Below are positions 10,467 through 22,200 of a DNA stretch of 64,000 nt, in pieces. Every line of letters begins with the position of its first letter. The stretch's first letter is position 1. The stretch lies in contig JAJTEN010000002.1 of the NCBI GenBank assembly GCA_021298155.1, positions 10,580 to 74,579 on the forward strand. Reading direction: 5' to 3'. The DNA comes from Sphingobacteriales bacterium (GTDB lineage: Bacteria; Bacteroidota; Bacteroidia; UKL13-3). The translations under genes and the position numbers were made by a program. The notes beneath the pieces were generated by a model. The model was not told the DNA's origin, did not search any database, and saw only the letters and a program-made list of their open reading frames with translations.

Positions 10467-10736
10467 TTAATTTTCCTTTTTTGTTGAAGTTAGCGCTGTA
10501 AAAGTAATGTCTTCTCTTGATTTTTCAATTTTATTTGTATGCGGAACTGCGCAACCAGATGGAGATCCACAACCAACATTGAATAGTGCCTGAGCCAAAA
10601 AGAACAAAGAGAATATTCCTAAATAAACTTCATTACTTGTTAAAGCTTGAACCAAAATCATAAGTGCTAAAACAACTTTAAAAATTTTAATAAAAGACCA
10701 ATGACTTTTTAAATTGTCAAAAGAAAATAATTTCAT
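10467..10736 (-). CDS. Small membrane protein with a Cys pair
   Basis: Two hydrophobic helices then GCGSPSGC; 1-bp gaps to both neighbours. Confidence 0.7.
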   Translation of the reverse strand: MKLFSFDNLKSHWSFIKIFKVVLALMILVQALTSNEVYLGIFSLFFLAQALFNVGCGSPSGCAVPHTNKIEKSREDITFTALTSTKKEN

Positions 10737-10737
10737 A

Positions 10738-11016
10738 TTAGGCGGTTAATTCAAAATTTACTTGTAACCAAGACCCACCATTCTCGCATTTTATTCCTTT
10801 ATTACGCAGATACGCTGTAGCTTGCAAGCTTCTTCCACCAGAAGCACAGCATAATAAAACATCTTGCATAGACTTAAACTCATCTAACCTATTAGGAAGC
10901 TCATTCAATGGAATATTGATACTTCCTGCTACATGTCCGCCCATATATTCTTGAGGCGTTCTTACATCTACAATTTTTAAATTGCCTGTGGCAAACTCTT
11001 TTGCTATATTTTGCAT
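10738..11016 (-). CDS. Single-domain rhodanese (sulfurtransferase)
   Basis: IVDVRTPQEYMGGHVAGSINIPL; CCASGGRS active-site loop. Confidence 0.92.
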   Translation of the reverse strand: MQNIAKEFATGNLKIVDVRTPQEYMGGHVAGSINIPLNELPNRLDEFKSMQDVLLCCASGGRSLQATAYLRNKGIKCENGGSWLQVNFELTA

Positions 11017-11038
11017 AGTACTATTGTTATTTTTACTG

Positions 11039-11083
11039 CAAATTTGATTCAGATTTTTGATCCACTGTGTAACAGATGTTGCA
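11039..11083 (-). promoter_or_regulatory. Putative Crp/Fnr-type site plus -7 promoter box for the rhodanese operon
   Basis: TGTAACAGATGTTGCA at 11068-11083, 21 bp from CAAATTTG (11039-11046); same geometry at 48652 and 49520. Confidence 0.7.
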
Positions 11084-11091
11084 TAAAAACA

Positions 11092-11604
11092 TCAAAATCT
11101 AAATACATATTCCTGCTCCGGACAATTTAATTTATAGCTTTTGCGTGACTCGTTATAGGTGCAATGAATTACATTACTTTGCGCTGAAACATAGGTGCAC
11201 AAAAATTTATTCATTACTTGAATAGTTGGACTACTACTTTTTGCTTTCCCCTCCAAATAAAACCAAACCGCTTCCTCCTTAATTTCATACCCTAAATAGG
11301 TAAGGGGTACTTCATTTTTTCCAATAAAAACCGCTAAATGCTTACCTGCAAAAACAGCTAATAAAGAATCATTGGCTTTAGATTTTATCTCAAGATTTAC
11401 TGGCTTTCCATACCAATTAAACAAGGCACCCTGCAAATCATCAGTAAAAATTTTACAGCTTGCCTGAACCAATTTCGTTTTTGTTTGAATGTTTAAGTCT
11501 GTTACGCTTAAATAAAATGGATGTTTGCTGTGTGTAAAACCCAAACAGAAAACAAGCGATAATAGGAACAGTATCAGATGTAAAGATTTTTTTATAGTTT
11601 GCAC
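11092..11604 (-). CDS. DUF6702-like exported protein
   Basis: Signal peptide then HPFYLSVTDL...KIFTDDL; lies next to HupE/UreJ and M1 peptidase genes. Confidence 0.75.
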   Translation of the reverse strand: MQTIKKSLHLILFLLSLVFCLGFTHSKHPFYLSVTDLNIQTKTKLVQASCKIFTDDLQGALFNWYGKPVNLEIKSKANDSLLAVFAGKHLAVFIGKNEVPLTYLGYEIKEEAVWFYLEGKAKSSSPTIQVMNKFLCTYVSAQSNVIHCTYNESRKSYKLNCPEQEYVFRF

Positions 11605-11622
11605 GTTTCAAATATACATAAG

Positions 11623-12216
11623 ATGCAGGATTTTATCATGTGGTTTGTAATTGGGTTAACCCACATAACTGATGTAAATGGGTTCGACCATATTGTGTTT
11701 TTAATGGTGCTTTGCGCGCCGTATACCTGGGCGCAAAAATGGCCCCTTTTTTGGCTGGTAAGTTTCTTTACTATTGGACATAGCTTGTCGCTTGCAGCAG
11801 CTGTTTTAGGTTGGTTCAAGCCAAATATTGAATGGGTAGAATTTTTAATTCCACTTACCATTTTGCTTACGGCATGTGCAAATTTCATACTGCAATTCAA
11901 GAAAAAAACCATTTCAAATCAGGTTAACTATTTATTTACCTTATTTTTTGGATGTGTACACGGACTAGGATTTTCATTTCTATTGCGTTCTTTGGTGGGT
12001 CAGGGAAACAACTTGGCATTCCCTTTATTTTCTTTTAATGTTGGACTAGAAGTAGGACAAATTTTGATTTTATTGGTATTATTGCTCATTACAACAGGAA
12101 TTTTAAAACTATTTCCCAATAAAGATCACATACGTATGCAAATATTTTCTGGCTTAGGTGCCATACTTAGTTTATGGCTATTAATAGAACGTTTTCAGGC
12201 AATTCAATCATTTTAA
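11623..12216 (+). CDS. HupE/UreJ family membrane protein
   Basis: GLTHI...GFDHIVF, FTIGHSLSL, FGCVHGLGF, FNVGLEVGQ. Confidence 0.9.
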   Translation: MQDFIMWFVIGLTHITDVNGFDHIVFLMVLCAPYTWAQKWPLFWLVSFFTIGHSLSLAAAVLGWFKPNIEWVEFLIPLTILLTACANFILQFKKKTISNQVNYLFTLFFGCVHGLGFSFLLRSLVGQGNNLAFPLFSFNVGLEVGQILILLVLLLITTGILKLFPNKDHIRMQIFSGLGAILSLWLLIERFQAIQSF

Positions 12217-12219
12217 TCT

Positions 12220-14598
12220 ATGCAAAAATATATACTTTCAGTATTTCTTTTCGGTTTAAACCTAAGCTTGGTTTCAGCACAAAATGTAAGGAATAATCCG
12301 AGTTCGAATCATGGTAATAAATTTGAACAGTTAAGCACCATTCTACCAGATGCCAATACATATAGAACCGCTTCTGGAGCGCCAGGTTCAGGGTATTGGC
12401 AACAACAAGCCGATTATAAAATTAATGCTTTTTTAGATGAAAAAGATTTGCGTTTACATGGTGATGAGGTAATTACATACCATAATAATTCACCAGATGT
12501 TCTAAGCTATTTGTGGTTGCAACTCGACGAAAATCAACATCAACCCAATGCAGAATCAAACTTTTTTGATGGGAATAAACTAAGCAAACCACTAACCACA
12601 AACCAATTGGAAGGATTAAATCCAGAGAAAAATTTAGCTGGCTATGGTGTAACAATTTTATCTGTTACAGATACAACAGGTAAACCGCTAAAATATACCA
12701 TTAATTACACGATGATGCGTATTGACTTACCGGTAGCACTGAAACCAAAGCAAAAAATTGCATTCAGAATTAAGTGGAATTATAAAATTCCAGAACGTAT
12801 GAAAATTGGCGGTAGAGGCGGTTACGAGCGATTTGGTTCAGACAGTAATTGCGTTTTTACCATTTCGCAATGGTACCCTAGAATGTGTGTATACAGCGAT
12901 TACCAAGGTTGGAACAATAAGCAATTTACAGGCAGAGGCGAGTTCTCTTTGGTGTTTGGAAATTTTGATGTAACCATGAAAGTGCCAGCCGATCATATTG
13001 TGGCTTCAACCGGAACATGCAGCAATTACCAAGAAGTACTTTCTCCTGCCCAGTTTGAGCGTTGGAAGTTGGCTCAAAAAACCATTGCTGATGATAAAAA
13101 TATTGCCATAGACCCAATAGAAATTGTGACACTTGAAGAAGCAAAGCAGAAAGAATTAAATCCTAAAACCGATTTATCTGCCTACAAAACTTGGAAATAC
13201 AAAGCGCAAAATGTACGCGATTTTGCATGGGGCAGCTCGCGCAAATTTGTTTGGGATGCACTAGCAGTTCCTATTGAAGGAAAGCAGGTAATGGCCATGA
13301 GCTATTACCCAAAAGAGGCCTATATTTTGTACAGAAGGTATTCTACAAAAACGGTGGCACACACGCTTAGAACCTATTCTAAATTTACTATTCCTTATCC
13401 TTACCCCGTTGCTATAAGTGTAGAGGCAGCAAGTGGAATGGAATACCCAATGATTTGCTTCAATTTTGGCCGAACCGATGAAGATGGCACTTACGCAGAA
13501 CGAACCAAATATGGCATGCTAGGCGTTATTATACATGAGGTGGGACATAATTTCTTTCCTATGATTATTAATAGTGATGAACGAAATTGGAGCTGGATGG
13601 ATGAGGGATTAAATACTTTTGTCCAATTTCTCACTGAACAAGAATTCGACAATAATTATCCAAGTAGCAGAGGCCCCGCGCATAAAATTGTTGATTACAT
13701 GAAACTGCCCAAAGAGCAACTTGAGCCAATTATGACAAATAGTGAAAATATTAACCAATTTGGCTCTAATGCATATGGTAAACCTGCTACTGCATTAAAT
13801 ATCCTGCGCGAAACCGTTATGGGAAGAGAATTATTTGATTATGCATTTAAAGAATACTGCAGAAGATGGGCATTTAAACATCCAGCTCCAGCAGATTTTT
13901 TTAGAACCATGGAAGATGCTTCTGGCGTAGATTTAGACTGGTTTTGGCGCGGCTGGTTTTACGACATAGAACCAGTTGATATTGCATTAGATAGTGTAGT
14001 GGTTTTGCAAGCAAGTAAAGCAGAAAAAGCCTTAGAAAAAAATGAGGTAGTGAAGCGTGGAGGTAAAAAAGAAAAACAAGAATATATTCACGTTTCAAGA
14101 ATTAAAAACAAAGAAAGTGGGATGACATTCTTAATCAACCAAGATACTAGTTTGCGCGATTTTTATTACTACTATAAACCAGAATTAGAGCCAGAAACAA
14201 GCAAAACAATTAATAGGTTTGAAAACATAACGCCTGCCTCAGAGGAAGAAGTAAATGCTTTTGCATCAAACTACTATTATGAACTTCATCTGCGAAATAA
14301 GGGTGGATTAGTAATGCCGCTAATTGTAGAATGGACCTTCGAAGATGGTTCAACTGAAGTAGATAAAATTAGCGCATATATCTGGCGAAAAGATGAAAAT
14401 AAAGTAATAAAGACCTTTGCTAAATCTAAAAAAGTTAAAAGTATTCTAATTGATCCTTTTAAAGAAACTGCAGATATAGATGAAGGGAATAATGCTTGGC
14501 CTACCTCTGTAGTACCAACCCAAATAGAACTCTTTAAGGCAAAAACTGCAGTTCGCGGACAAAGTACAGAAGATAATCCCATGAAGAAAAAGAAATAG
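12220..14598 (+). CDS. M1 family metallo-aminopeptidase
   Basis: Signal peptide; GMEYP; HEVGH-x18-E (WMDEG). Confidence 0.92.
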   Translation: MQKYILSVFLFGLNLSLVSAQNVRNNPSSNHGNKFEQLSTILPDANTYRTASGAPGSGYWQQQADYKINAFLDEKDLRLHGDEVITYHNNSPDVLSYLWLQLDENQHQPNAESNFFDGNKLSKPLTTNQLEGLNPEKNLAGYGVTILSVTDTTGKPLKYTINYTMMRIDLPVALKPKQKIAFRIKWNYKIPERMKIGGRGGYERFGSDSNCVFTISQWYPRMCVYSDYQGWNNKQFTGRGEFSLVFGNFDVTMKVPADHIVASTGTCSNYQEVLSPAQFERWKLAQKTIADDKNIAIDPIEIVTLEEAKQKELNPKTDLSAYKTWKYKAQNVRDFAWGSSRKFVWDALAVPIEGKQVMAMSYYPKEAYILYRRYSTKTVAHTLRTYSKFTIPYPYPVAISVEAASGMEYPMICFNFGRTDEDGTYAERTKYGMLGVIIHEVGHNFFPMIINSDERNWSWMDEGLNTFVQFLTEQEFDNNYPSSRGPAHKIVDYMKLPKEQLEPIMTNSENINQFGSNAYGKPATALNILRETVMGRELFDYAFKEYCRRWAFKHPAPADFFRTMEDASGVDLDWFWRGWFYDIEPVDIALDSVVVLQASKAEKALEKNEVVKRGGKKEKQEYIHVSRIKNKESGMTFLINQDTSLRDFYYYYKPELEPETSKTINRFENITPASEEEVNAFASNYYYELHLRNKGGLVMPLIVEWTFEDGSTEVDKISAYIWRKDENKVIKTFAKSKKVKSILIDPFKETADIDEGNNAWPTSVVPTQIELFKAKTAVRGQSTEDNPMKKKK

Positions 14599-14605
14599 GG
14601 CTTAT

Positions 14606-14854
14606 ATGTCGGAACAAACTCAAAAAAACAATCCGCTTCATGGTGTTACTTTGCAAGCTATCCTTGAATATTTAGTAGCAAGCAAAGGCTGGGAATATTT
14701 GGGCGAAGAAGTAAATATTAATTGCTTTCAGAAAGACCCAAGTATTGCTTCTAGCCTTAAATTCTTAAGAAAAACACCATGGGCCAGAACCAAAGTGGAA
14801 AGTTTATACGTATATGTAAAACGCAAAGAAGCACAGAAACCCAATAATAATTAA
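14606..14854 (+). CDS. VF530/DUF2132 family small DNA-binding protein
   Basis: NPLHGVTL...[22 protein letters not shown]. Confidence 0.9.
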   Translation: MSEQTQKNNPLHGVTLQAILEYLVASKGWEYLGEEVNINCFQKDPSIASSLKFLRKTPWARTKVESLYVYVKRKEAQKPNNN

Positions 14855-14859
14855 CCTAT

Positions 14860-15417
14860 ATGATTCAAACCTATTATACATTAATGCGATACATCATTCT
14901 ATTTTTCTCTTTCTTGTTTCTGGCCGAACCAAACGCTTGGGCTCAACATAAAGGAAGTAAAGGTCCTGATATTTCAGGTATCAAAACGCAATTTTTAGCC
15001 ATTGATGCCAAACGAAAATCTTATACTCAATATACCACTCCAACGCAAGAAGCGGGTATGGCATTTATTGGGTTTTATGAAGGCAAATCCCTTAAAATGT
15101 TAAACTGTAACTATTACCAAGATTTGGGTCAAACAGAAGCAGATCATTATTATAGTGGAAATACAGTAATATTGGTTTATTCGAAAGATTCTGAATACGA
15201 AGAATCTATTAAAACAAATCCGCGTACTAAGCTAAAAAATACAACAGAAAACTGGTACTATTTTAATAAAGAAACCTTAATAAAATGGGTTTCGGGAGCC
15301 AAAGTAATAGACAGCAGTAGTGAAGCATTTAAAGCAAAACAAGTAGCCTTTACCAAAGAATTTTCGGCCAACAAAAAACGTTTTGCAGACCAAAGTACTT
15401 TACTTAAAATTAAGTAA
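14860..15417 (+). CDS. Hypothetical exported protein
   Basis: Signal peptide (MRYIILFFSFLFLAEPNAWAQ; true start may be 14884); Tyr-rich beta strands. Confidence 0.7.
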   Translation: MIQTYYTLMRYIILFFSFLFLAEPNAWAQHKGSKGPDISGIKTQFLAIDAKRKSYTQYTTPTQEAGMAFIGFYEGKSLKMLNCNYYQDLGQTEADHYYSGNTVILVYSKDSEYEESIKTNPRTKLKNTTENWYYFNKETLIKWVSGAKVIDSSSEAFKAKQVAFTKEFSANKKRFADQSTLLKIK

Positions 15418-15439
15418 GCATAAAAACGATTGGTAGGTG

Positions 15440-18400
15440 TTAATCATAGTAATTATATGAATACGCACTCGTTTTTTCAGTAGCTCTTTTTCTATTTAAA
15501 ATAAGCAGTGATTTGATATGCTCTGCCATTAAATCATCTAACTTTTTACCTTTACTAATAGTTACTCCGTTCCTTTTATTGTCGAAACTTACTTTTAATT
15601 CGCTCACATTTACAGGTTGTAAACCTATATAATCTAGCGACCATTTTTCATCTTTTTCCTTTTTAGATTTAAAAAAGTAAACATAACCTGCTACTCCATT
15701 TATCGTTAGTAATTCTTTCTTAACAAACACACAACTATCTGTTTTAAAATTAAAATTATCTTTATAAAGTAGCGATTTGGCCATCTTTTCTTGATCAATC
15801 AGATCACTCGGAAATACATCTAATCTGCGAATTTGAGAGAGACGCTTATACACGTATGCATAATTGAGTGGGTCTTTTAATAAGCTTCGCCAAATTGCTT
15901 CATCCACCTTCATTTTATGCTTCAAAAACTCAACAGCAATATCAGTTCTTACAGTAAAGTCATTCACTAATTTTAACTTATTAAAATATACTTTTACATT
16001 TTTATCTTTAGAAAAAGGTATTAGCATTTTACTATACATCACTAAATCTGTATTTCCTCTGTTTAGATAACTGGTGAAATAATAATTAGAAACCGTTTTC
16101 GCTCCTTCAGATTGCTCATAACCAATCTGACTTTTTAAAACCATTTTGGCTTCTCGCAATAGCTGTTCAAAATTATTTTTAATGCGTTTACTGGAAATGG
16201 CATTGCTATCTAATGCCTCACTTAGTAATTGATAGATAGGTAATTTATAATCATTGATAAAAGTATAATCTAATAAGGCAGGAAATAGATACTTACACAA
16301 TTCCAAAGAATCAGAAAACGAGCTAAAAACACCCTTTAAAGCATCTTTACTAACACCAATTGGAATATCATGCGCTAACAATTGAATCATGGATAAAGTG
16401 GCAGCCTTAGATTTTTGATTGGCAAGCGCTCGTAAAATAGCAACTTGATACAAGGCCGTATCTTCCATCCCCATATATAAATTTTCTAAAAATGGCACAA
16501 TGCGATTGTCTTTTATCTGACCCAAATCTCGGATTAGTTGGGCCTTAGAATGGATATGCTCTCTTGGAAATGGATGTTTCTGAATCACATCCATTAGTGA
16601 ACTTGCATGTTTATCTTCAAACCTCAAGTGTGTTAATATAGATTTATATGCAATCTCTTTAGAAAGGCTATCTCCTTGTTTTAAAACACTAAAAAACAGT
16701 TCTGCTTTATCTGAAAAAACAGAAGCTTGCTTTTGGGTAAATGCCAATGGCCTAAAACTACTGAAGAATTCCTGTATAAATTTACTTTTTATACCTGATG
16801 TATCTAAACTAGCTGTTAGGGTATACATCTTATCATCAAACTGAATATACTTTTTATAAATACGCCTGCAACTATTTGTATCTATAAAACTAACTTCTAA
16901 GTAACTTGTATCTTGGTGTTGATAGCTTGTCTTACTCTTCACCAATACCGACTTCTTCTCCAGAAATGACCTAATTTGCTTGGCCCACAAACTATCTGGA
17001 TTAGCGTAATACGTATACTTGTGAAACTTTAAAAAATCAACCCTAACTTGCTCATAATTTTCTGAATAATAAATCTCATATTCATTTTTAGATAGGTATG
17101 ATTTATCTTCTTTATCTTTTTTATTTCTATTTTGATCACTTACTTTCTCATATAACTGACTATAATAATTAGGCGTTAAATAATTCGAATTCACGCTAAA
17201 TTGAAGGCTAGAATCTATCTTATGGGTATACGGGAAACCATAACCAAAATTTTGAAGCTGAAAGGAAGAATAAAATCTATTATCAAACCCTGAAATGGCC
17301 GAAACAGAGGCCAACACATAATAATAAGCCCCTCTAATAATTACCTTTATTTGTAAGTATTTTTTATTTTTAAGCTGAACCAATCCAGTAGCAGTAGGAT
17401 ATATGCTTTCAGGAAGTATGGTTTTTTTAACCGAATAATCTGCGTTAAATTGTTCTGCAAATTTATCAATGATTCTATACAACTCAAATGAATCTTCTTC
17501 TATGTAATTAAAATCATGCAAGGAGGCACGCCTAATAAAATAATAATCTTTTGTTTTACTGTCAAAGGCCTCTAACTCTGGATGTCCATACAATGAAGTA
17601 ATTTGCGTATTATTTTTAATATCAGAATAATCTGGAACTTCTACCTTAAAATCATTCTTATAAGAAGTTCTGGTAATCCAATTTCCGGTAGACTTATGCA
17701 AGGTAATTGCATTAAAAAAGGATTGCGAATTGTTTTTTACATATTCATCTTTCCCACCCATCTTAAAAATAAAAACCTTTAAAGGGGTAATGTAAATTTG
17801 ATGGCGTTGAAAATCACCAGATTTAGTTTTATTAATAATATCTAAGCCTTTATACCCATCTTTTATAATCTCAGATTTACTGATGATTTTACCAGGAATA
17901 TTTTCGAATAAAAGACTATCCATTTTGACTAAATAGTTTTCCTGTATATCTCCTCTAAAATAGTGGTAAGTGCTTAATTCATTTACAGAATAAAATGTGC
18001 CATTGGTAAGCTCTGGCGAAAAGAACTCGCGCTGAAAAGTAGCAGCGGGTGCCTCGTAAATTTTATTTGGCACACGCAAAGTAAACAAATCACTTTCAAA
18101 GGTATTAGCTAAAGGAATAGCAGATTTCATTAAACTTAATCTTTCTTTTTCAGACTTAGATTTATCGCTTATGGTAGGTAAAATAGCTCTTAATTCATAT
18201 CCCTTTTTACGTAATAAATTAATAACGCCTTCGGCATGCGGCAAATGTGCAGCACCAATTCCAGCAAACAAGCTAATATTCGATTGCATCAAGGAATCGA
18301 TTTTATTGGCCATCACATAATTTCTTTCATAGATAAGGTACTTTAAATTATTGTATGAAGAACTTTCTCTATTTATAGAATCTAAAAAATCTAAATCTTG

Positions 18401-19063
18401 ATTTCTGTATGCTTCTTGGATTAAATCAAATACTCTTTTTTCTTTGGTTAATTCTGTAAACCAAGAAGCCATTTCCTTGGTCTCTGTATCTGGTATCTTC
18501 GCCAAATTAGAAAAAACAACCGACTGATTAAAATCTTCTAAACTATACACTGGCTTATTGTTTTTTCTTCCAATTTGATAGATAAACAAATCTAAAAATG
18601 TTTCTTCTTCAAAATCTTTTCTGGCGCTATTTTCCCTATACAGCATCCAATTAGTAAGGTAATGATTAGATGCCAATTGATTTGCCCAATCCTTGTTATC
18701 TAGCAATTCTAACTTAAAAGACTCTTCATAGAAACCTTGATAAACCTGAGATGCTATCTGGTATTTCCCTAAATAATCATCTGCACCTTCCGAATTAAAA
18801 ATTTCATCAAGCCATATTATAGGATTAGATTCTAATGCAATCGCATCTACTTGGTTAATGGCTGTAAAAAATTCTTCTCCTAAATGATAGGCTATTTTAC
18901 CGCTAACATGCATTGTACCGTATAAATACGACTTTTTAGTAGACCCTTTTTTTGATATTTCCCAAAGCAACCCTTTTTGCGCAAATACTTGGGTAGAACA
19001 AAAAATACACAATAAAAATACCCAAATATACGGTAAGTAAAAAGATGAACAGGTTTTTTTCAT
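15440..19063 (-). CDS. TraB/GumN (TIKI) family protein with a long C-terminal extension
   Basis: LLWEIS...SYLYGTMH, ERNYVMA, GIGAAHL in the N-terminal ~300 aa; ~900 further residues. Confidence 0.85.
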   Translation of the reverse strand: MKKTCSSFYLPYIWVFLLCIFCSTQVFAQKGLLWEISKKGSTKKSYLYGTMHVSGKIAYHLGEEFFTAINQVDAIALESNPIIWLDEIFNSEGADDYLGKYQIASQVYQGFYEESFKLELLDNKDWANQLASNHYLTNWMLYRENSARKDFEEETFLDLFIYQIGRKNNKPVYSLEDFNQSVVFSNLAKIPDTETKEMASWFTELTKEKRVFDLIQEAYRNQDLDFLDSINRESSSYNNLKYLIYERNYVMANKIDSLMQSNISLFAGIGAAHLPHAEGVINLLRKKGYELRAILPTISDKSKSEKERLSLMKSAIPLANTFESDLFTLRVPNKIYEAPAATFQREFFSPELTNGTFYSVNELSTYHYFRGDIQENYLVKMDSLLFENIPGKIISKSEIIKDGYKGLDIINKTKSGDFQRHQIYITPLKVFIFKMGGKDEYVKNNSQSFFNAITLHKSTGNWITRTSYKNDFKVEVPDYSDIKNNTQITSLYGHPELEAFDSKTKDYYFIRRASLHDFNYIEEDSFELYRIIDKFAEQFNADYSVKKTILPESIYPTATGLVQLKNKKYLQIKVIIRGAYYYVLASVSAISGFDNRFYSSFQLQNFGYGFPYTHKIDSSLQFSVNSNYLTPNYYSQLYEKVSDQNRNKKDKEDKSYLSKNEYEIYYSENYEQVRVDFLKFHKYTYYANPDSLWAKQIRSFLEKKSVLVKSKTSYQHQDTSYLEVSFIDTNSCRRIYKKYIQFDDKMYTLTASLDTSGIKSKFIQEFFSSFRPLAFTQKQASVFSDKAELFFSVLKQGDSLSKEIAYKSILTHLRFEDKHASSLMDVIQKHPFPREHIHSKAQLIRDLGQIKDNRIVPFLENLYMGMEDTALYQVAILRALANQKSKAATLSMIQLLAHDIPIGVSKDALKGVFSSFSDSLELCKYLFPALLDYTFINDYKLPIYQLLSEALDSNAISSKRIKNNFEQLLREAKMVLKSQIGYEQSEGAKTVSNYYFTSYLNRGNTDLVMYSKMLIPFSKDKNVKVYFNKLKLVNDFTVRTDIAVEFLKHKMKVDEAIWRSLLKDPLNYAYVYKRLSQIRRLDVFPSDLIDQEKMAKSLLYKDNFNFKTDSCVFVKKELLTINGVAGYVYFFKSKKEKDEKWSLDYIGLQPVNVSELKVSFDNKRNGVTISKGKKLDDLMAEHIKSLLILNRKRATEKTSAYSYNYYD

Positions 19064-19170
19064 AGATAATAGGCGTATAAAAAGCACAATTAGTTTGTAA
19101 TCAATCAAAGGAAACAAAACTAATAAATTATGCCTATTTACCTAAATAATATAGGACTAATCAACAGACA

Positions 19171-19207
19171 AAAAAGGGGAATAACTCATTAAGTTATTCC
19201 CCTTTTT
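19171..19207 (-). terminator. Rho-independent terminator
   Basis: AAAAAGGGGAATAACT-catta-AGTTATTCCCCTTTTT, just after the stop at 19228. Confidence 0.85.
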
Positions 19208-19227
19208 AACTAAATGCTAAAATAGGG

Positions 19228-22200
19228 CTACTGTTTGATTATTTTTTTACAGATGGTTTCTTCCTCATAGGTAATTTTTAAAACGTATACCCCTGTTTGA
19301 ATTCCATGTAAAGAAATTTCATCACCTGTATAGGTTCCCTGCAATACCTGTTTACCATCTAAGGTTACAATTTCAAAATGAGCACCATTTAAAGGTAAAC
19401 CTGAATAGATGTGTAAATAGTTCTCTGTTGGATTAGGATAAAGAACTACTCTATCTGAAAAATCTATCTTATTTAAACCTACCGTTTTCTGTCTAACAAT
19501 TTTTATACTAAATGGTAAATTAGCGAACAAGGAGTCGGTTCCTTCATAAGCCTTAACAGTCCATTTTAAAACAATACTATCTCCTTCTGCAACTCCAGCA
19601 GACTCGGCTACAGCATCAACAGCACCGCTAGTTAAGCTAAGTTTATTTTGGATCCCGCTACTATCTGAATTAAGCTTTACAATTGGATTAGTAAAATTAG
19701 CACTTGGTAAATCTAAATACCAAGCATAACGTGTTGCTGTTGTAGAACCTTCCCAATTAATAATAATTGGATCAGTACTCGCTTTTTTAACCTCTATCCT
19801 AGCGTTATTTGTTGGACCTACTAAATTAAAACTTGTTAGGGTTCTATTTCTTCCTAAAGTAATAAAATACTCTTGGTTTGCCTTCAATGAGTCTGCGCCA
19901 TTGTATGCGTAAACTGTCCACTTTAAGTTTACAGAATCTCCTTTTCTTAATCCCAAGGAAGCCAATATTCCATCTATATTACCTGATAACAAAGTTAAAC
20001 TGGTATCAGCACCATTTCCGTTGCTATTTAGGGTTAATATTGGCAAATTTAAACTTCCCGATGCTAATGCTGCTTTCCACTTATATCTGGCAGCAGGCAA
20101 TTTGGCCGAACCAAAGGTGATTTGAATTGGCGTGGTGGTTCCAGCTGTTACAAAAACACTGGCATTATTGTTTGGTGAAATTAAATTGAACGGTTTTAAA
20201 GTTGGAGTAAAAATTATATCCGATTTTCTAACTCCGTACAATTGGTATCCATTTCCGCAATTACTTGCCGGACTCGCACAAAACTGAGCCACTATTCCTT
20301 CAAAAGTAAAAGTATCTGTTGGAATAGCTAGTGCAGGTGCATCTTCTATTTCTGTGTCTGCCGCGGCAATTACCCTTAAAATGGTAGTATCACCTGTTGT
20401 TGTGCCGTCCCAAATGGTATAGTTTGTACTCGCAGCAAAATTTCCAACAGCAGAAGTGCGTAATCCACTAATTCTAACCAATACACTTTCATATTTTTCT
20501 GGATCTGCCAATATCTGTTTGATACTTAAAGAAACGGGCACAATACTTTTTCCTGAACCTAATTTGATGATGGTATTTGTACTTGTATAAACACCAGAAT
20601 TTAACTGTATCTGTGCATAATTGTTAAACTCATTTCGTAAACCAATTACTTCTACGCTATCTCCCTTTACCAACATTCCTGCGGTAATGGCATCAACCAT
20701 TGCACCACTGCTTTGTCTTACACCAATGCCTCCAGTAGCATCTTGGATATATATAAACCTTCCCCACGCTCTGCTAATTACACCACGAACTCTTACCATT
20801 TGGTTTGCTGAGGTATTTCTGGCAGATAATATGCTTATTGCCGGATTAGTTTCTGGGAAAATTGCATCAGGTCTTGCATTTAACAACTGTATTCTTCTAT
20901 CGCCAATTAAATTGGTATCTCTCACTGAATAGGCAGTTTGTGCGGTAGCATGACGCGCTTGCAAATATTCTGCAAAAGCATCTTGCTCACTACCAATTGC
21001 TGTAAAGTTAGAGGTTCCTGTACTTTTAAGGGCTGTATCTAGGTCTACACGATTAAATGTATTCGATGGAAATGGATACCCATCTCCTCCTATCGGAGAA
21101 CCAGCACCCGAAGGATTGGCCAAGAAATTTAAAGTTACCAATCTAAACACCCTATTGGTATCTCCATATAATTGGCCATTTCTTACTAATGTATCTAAAC
21201 GATTACCATTTCCATCTATGGTAACCAATGAACGTATTTTTGAACCAGCAGTTAATGCGCTATCATAACTAAAAGATAGTCCACCAATTTGCGGGAATTG
21301 ACCCGGTGTAGCACCAGGCCTGGTTGCAGAGATTCCATGTTCAACCAATCTTCTTATACCGGCTACATTAGCGCTTAAAATAACTAATCTATTATTAAAA
21401 CGTAATGAGTTTTCTACATCCAACTGCGAGATATCACCAGCCAATTTACCTGCCCCAACATTAGCTTGATTTGGTTCCAAATCAACATTATTTCCTACCG
21501 CATTTACATAGCCAATTGCAGAACGTATGCCTCCACCATTTTTAATTGAAATCTTTACAGTTGGATCGTACTGTTGTGCATACCATAAGTTTGCATCAGA
21601 AGATAGGTTTCCTAAATTGGTTTCTTCGGTTCGAACCAAATTGCGACGGCCCTCTAAGAATACTTTTGATTTACCCAATACATTTCCATCTTTTGAATTG
21701 ATAACATTCGCCACTGCCGAACAAATGTTTCTTACCATTTGTCCTTTACTTCCTGCAGTAAAACCTGCAGCATAGCTTCCATATAATTGAGTTACCATCG
21801 CAGTATCTGAGGCATAAACACCATTTATATTTGGATCTAAAGAGGATACAATTATTTTACCATTCGCATCAAAATCTACTACCAATCTATTTACATATTT
21901 CCATTCAGCGCTTGAATTAATTAATAATAATGGCTCGTTATCAAAATTATTTAGAACCATTGGATACGTTCCATAAACACTCTGGCCACCTCTTAATCTA
22001 TCTGTTCCATCGGCCAATAACTCGTGATTTCCGCCAGCAATAATAATATCAACACCTTTCAATAAAGGGGCTAAACTCATCTCTAAATTTATTTGCTGTA
22101 AATGAGATAATACAATAATCTTGTTTATACCTTCTTTAAACCTAAGTGAATCAATAAATGGCTGCATAATTTGAGCTAGAGCTGGCATATTATTCTGTTT

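Noticed and set aside
15440-19063. TraB name implying a conjugative element
   Set aside because: TraB/GumN is a protease-like family; no transfer, relaxase or integrase genes are present.
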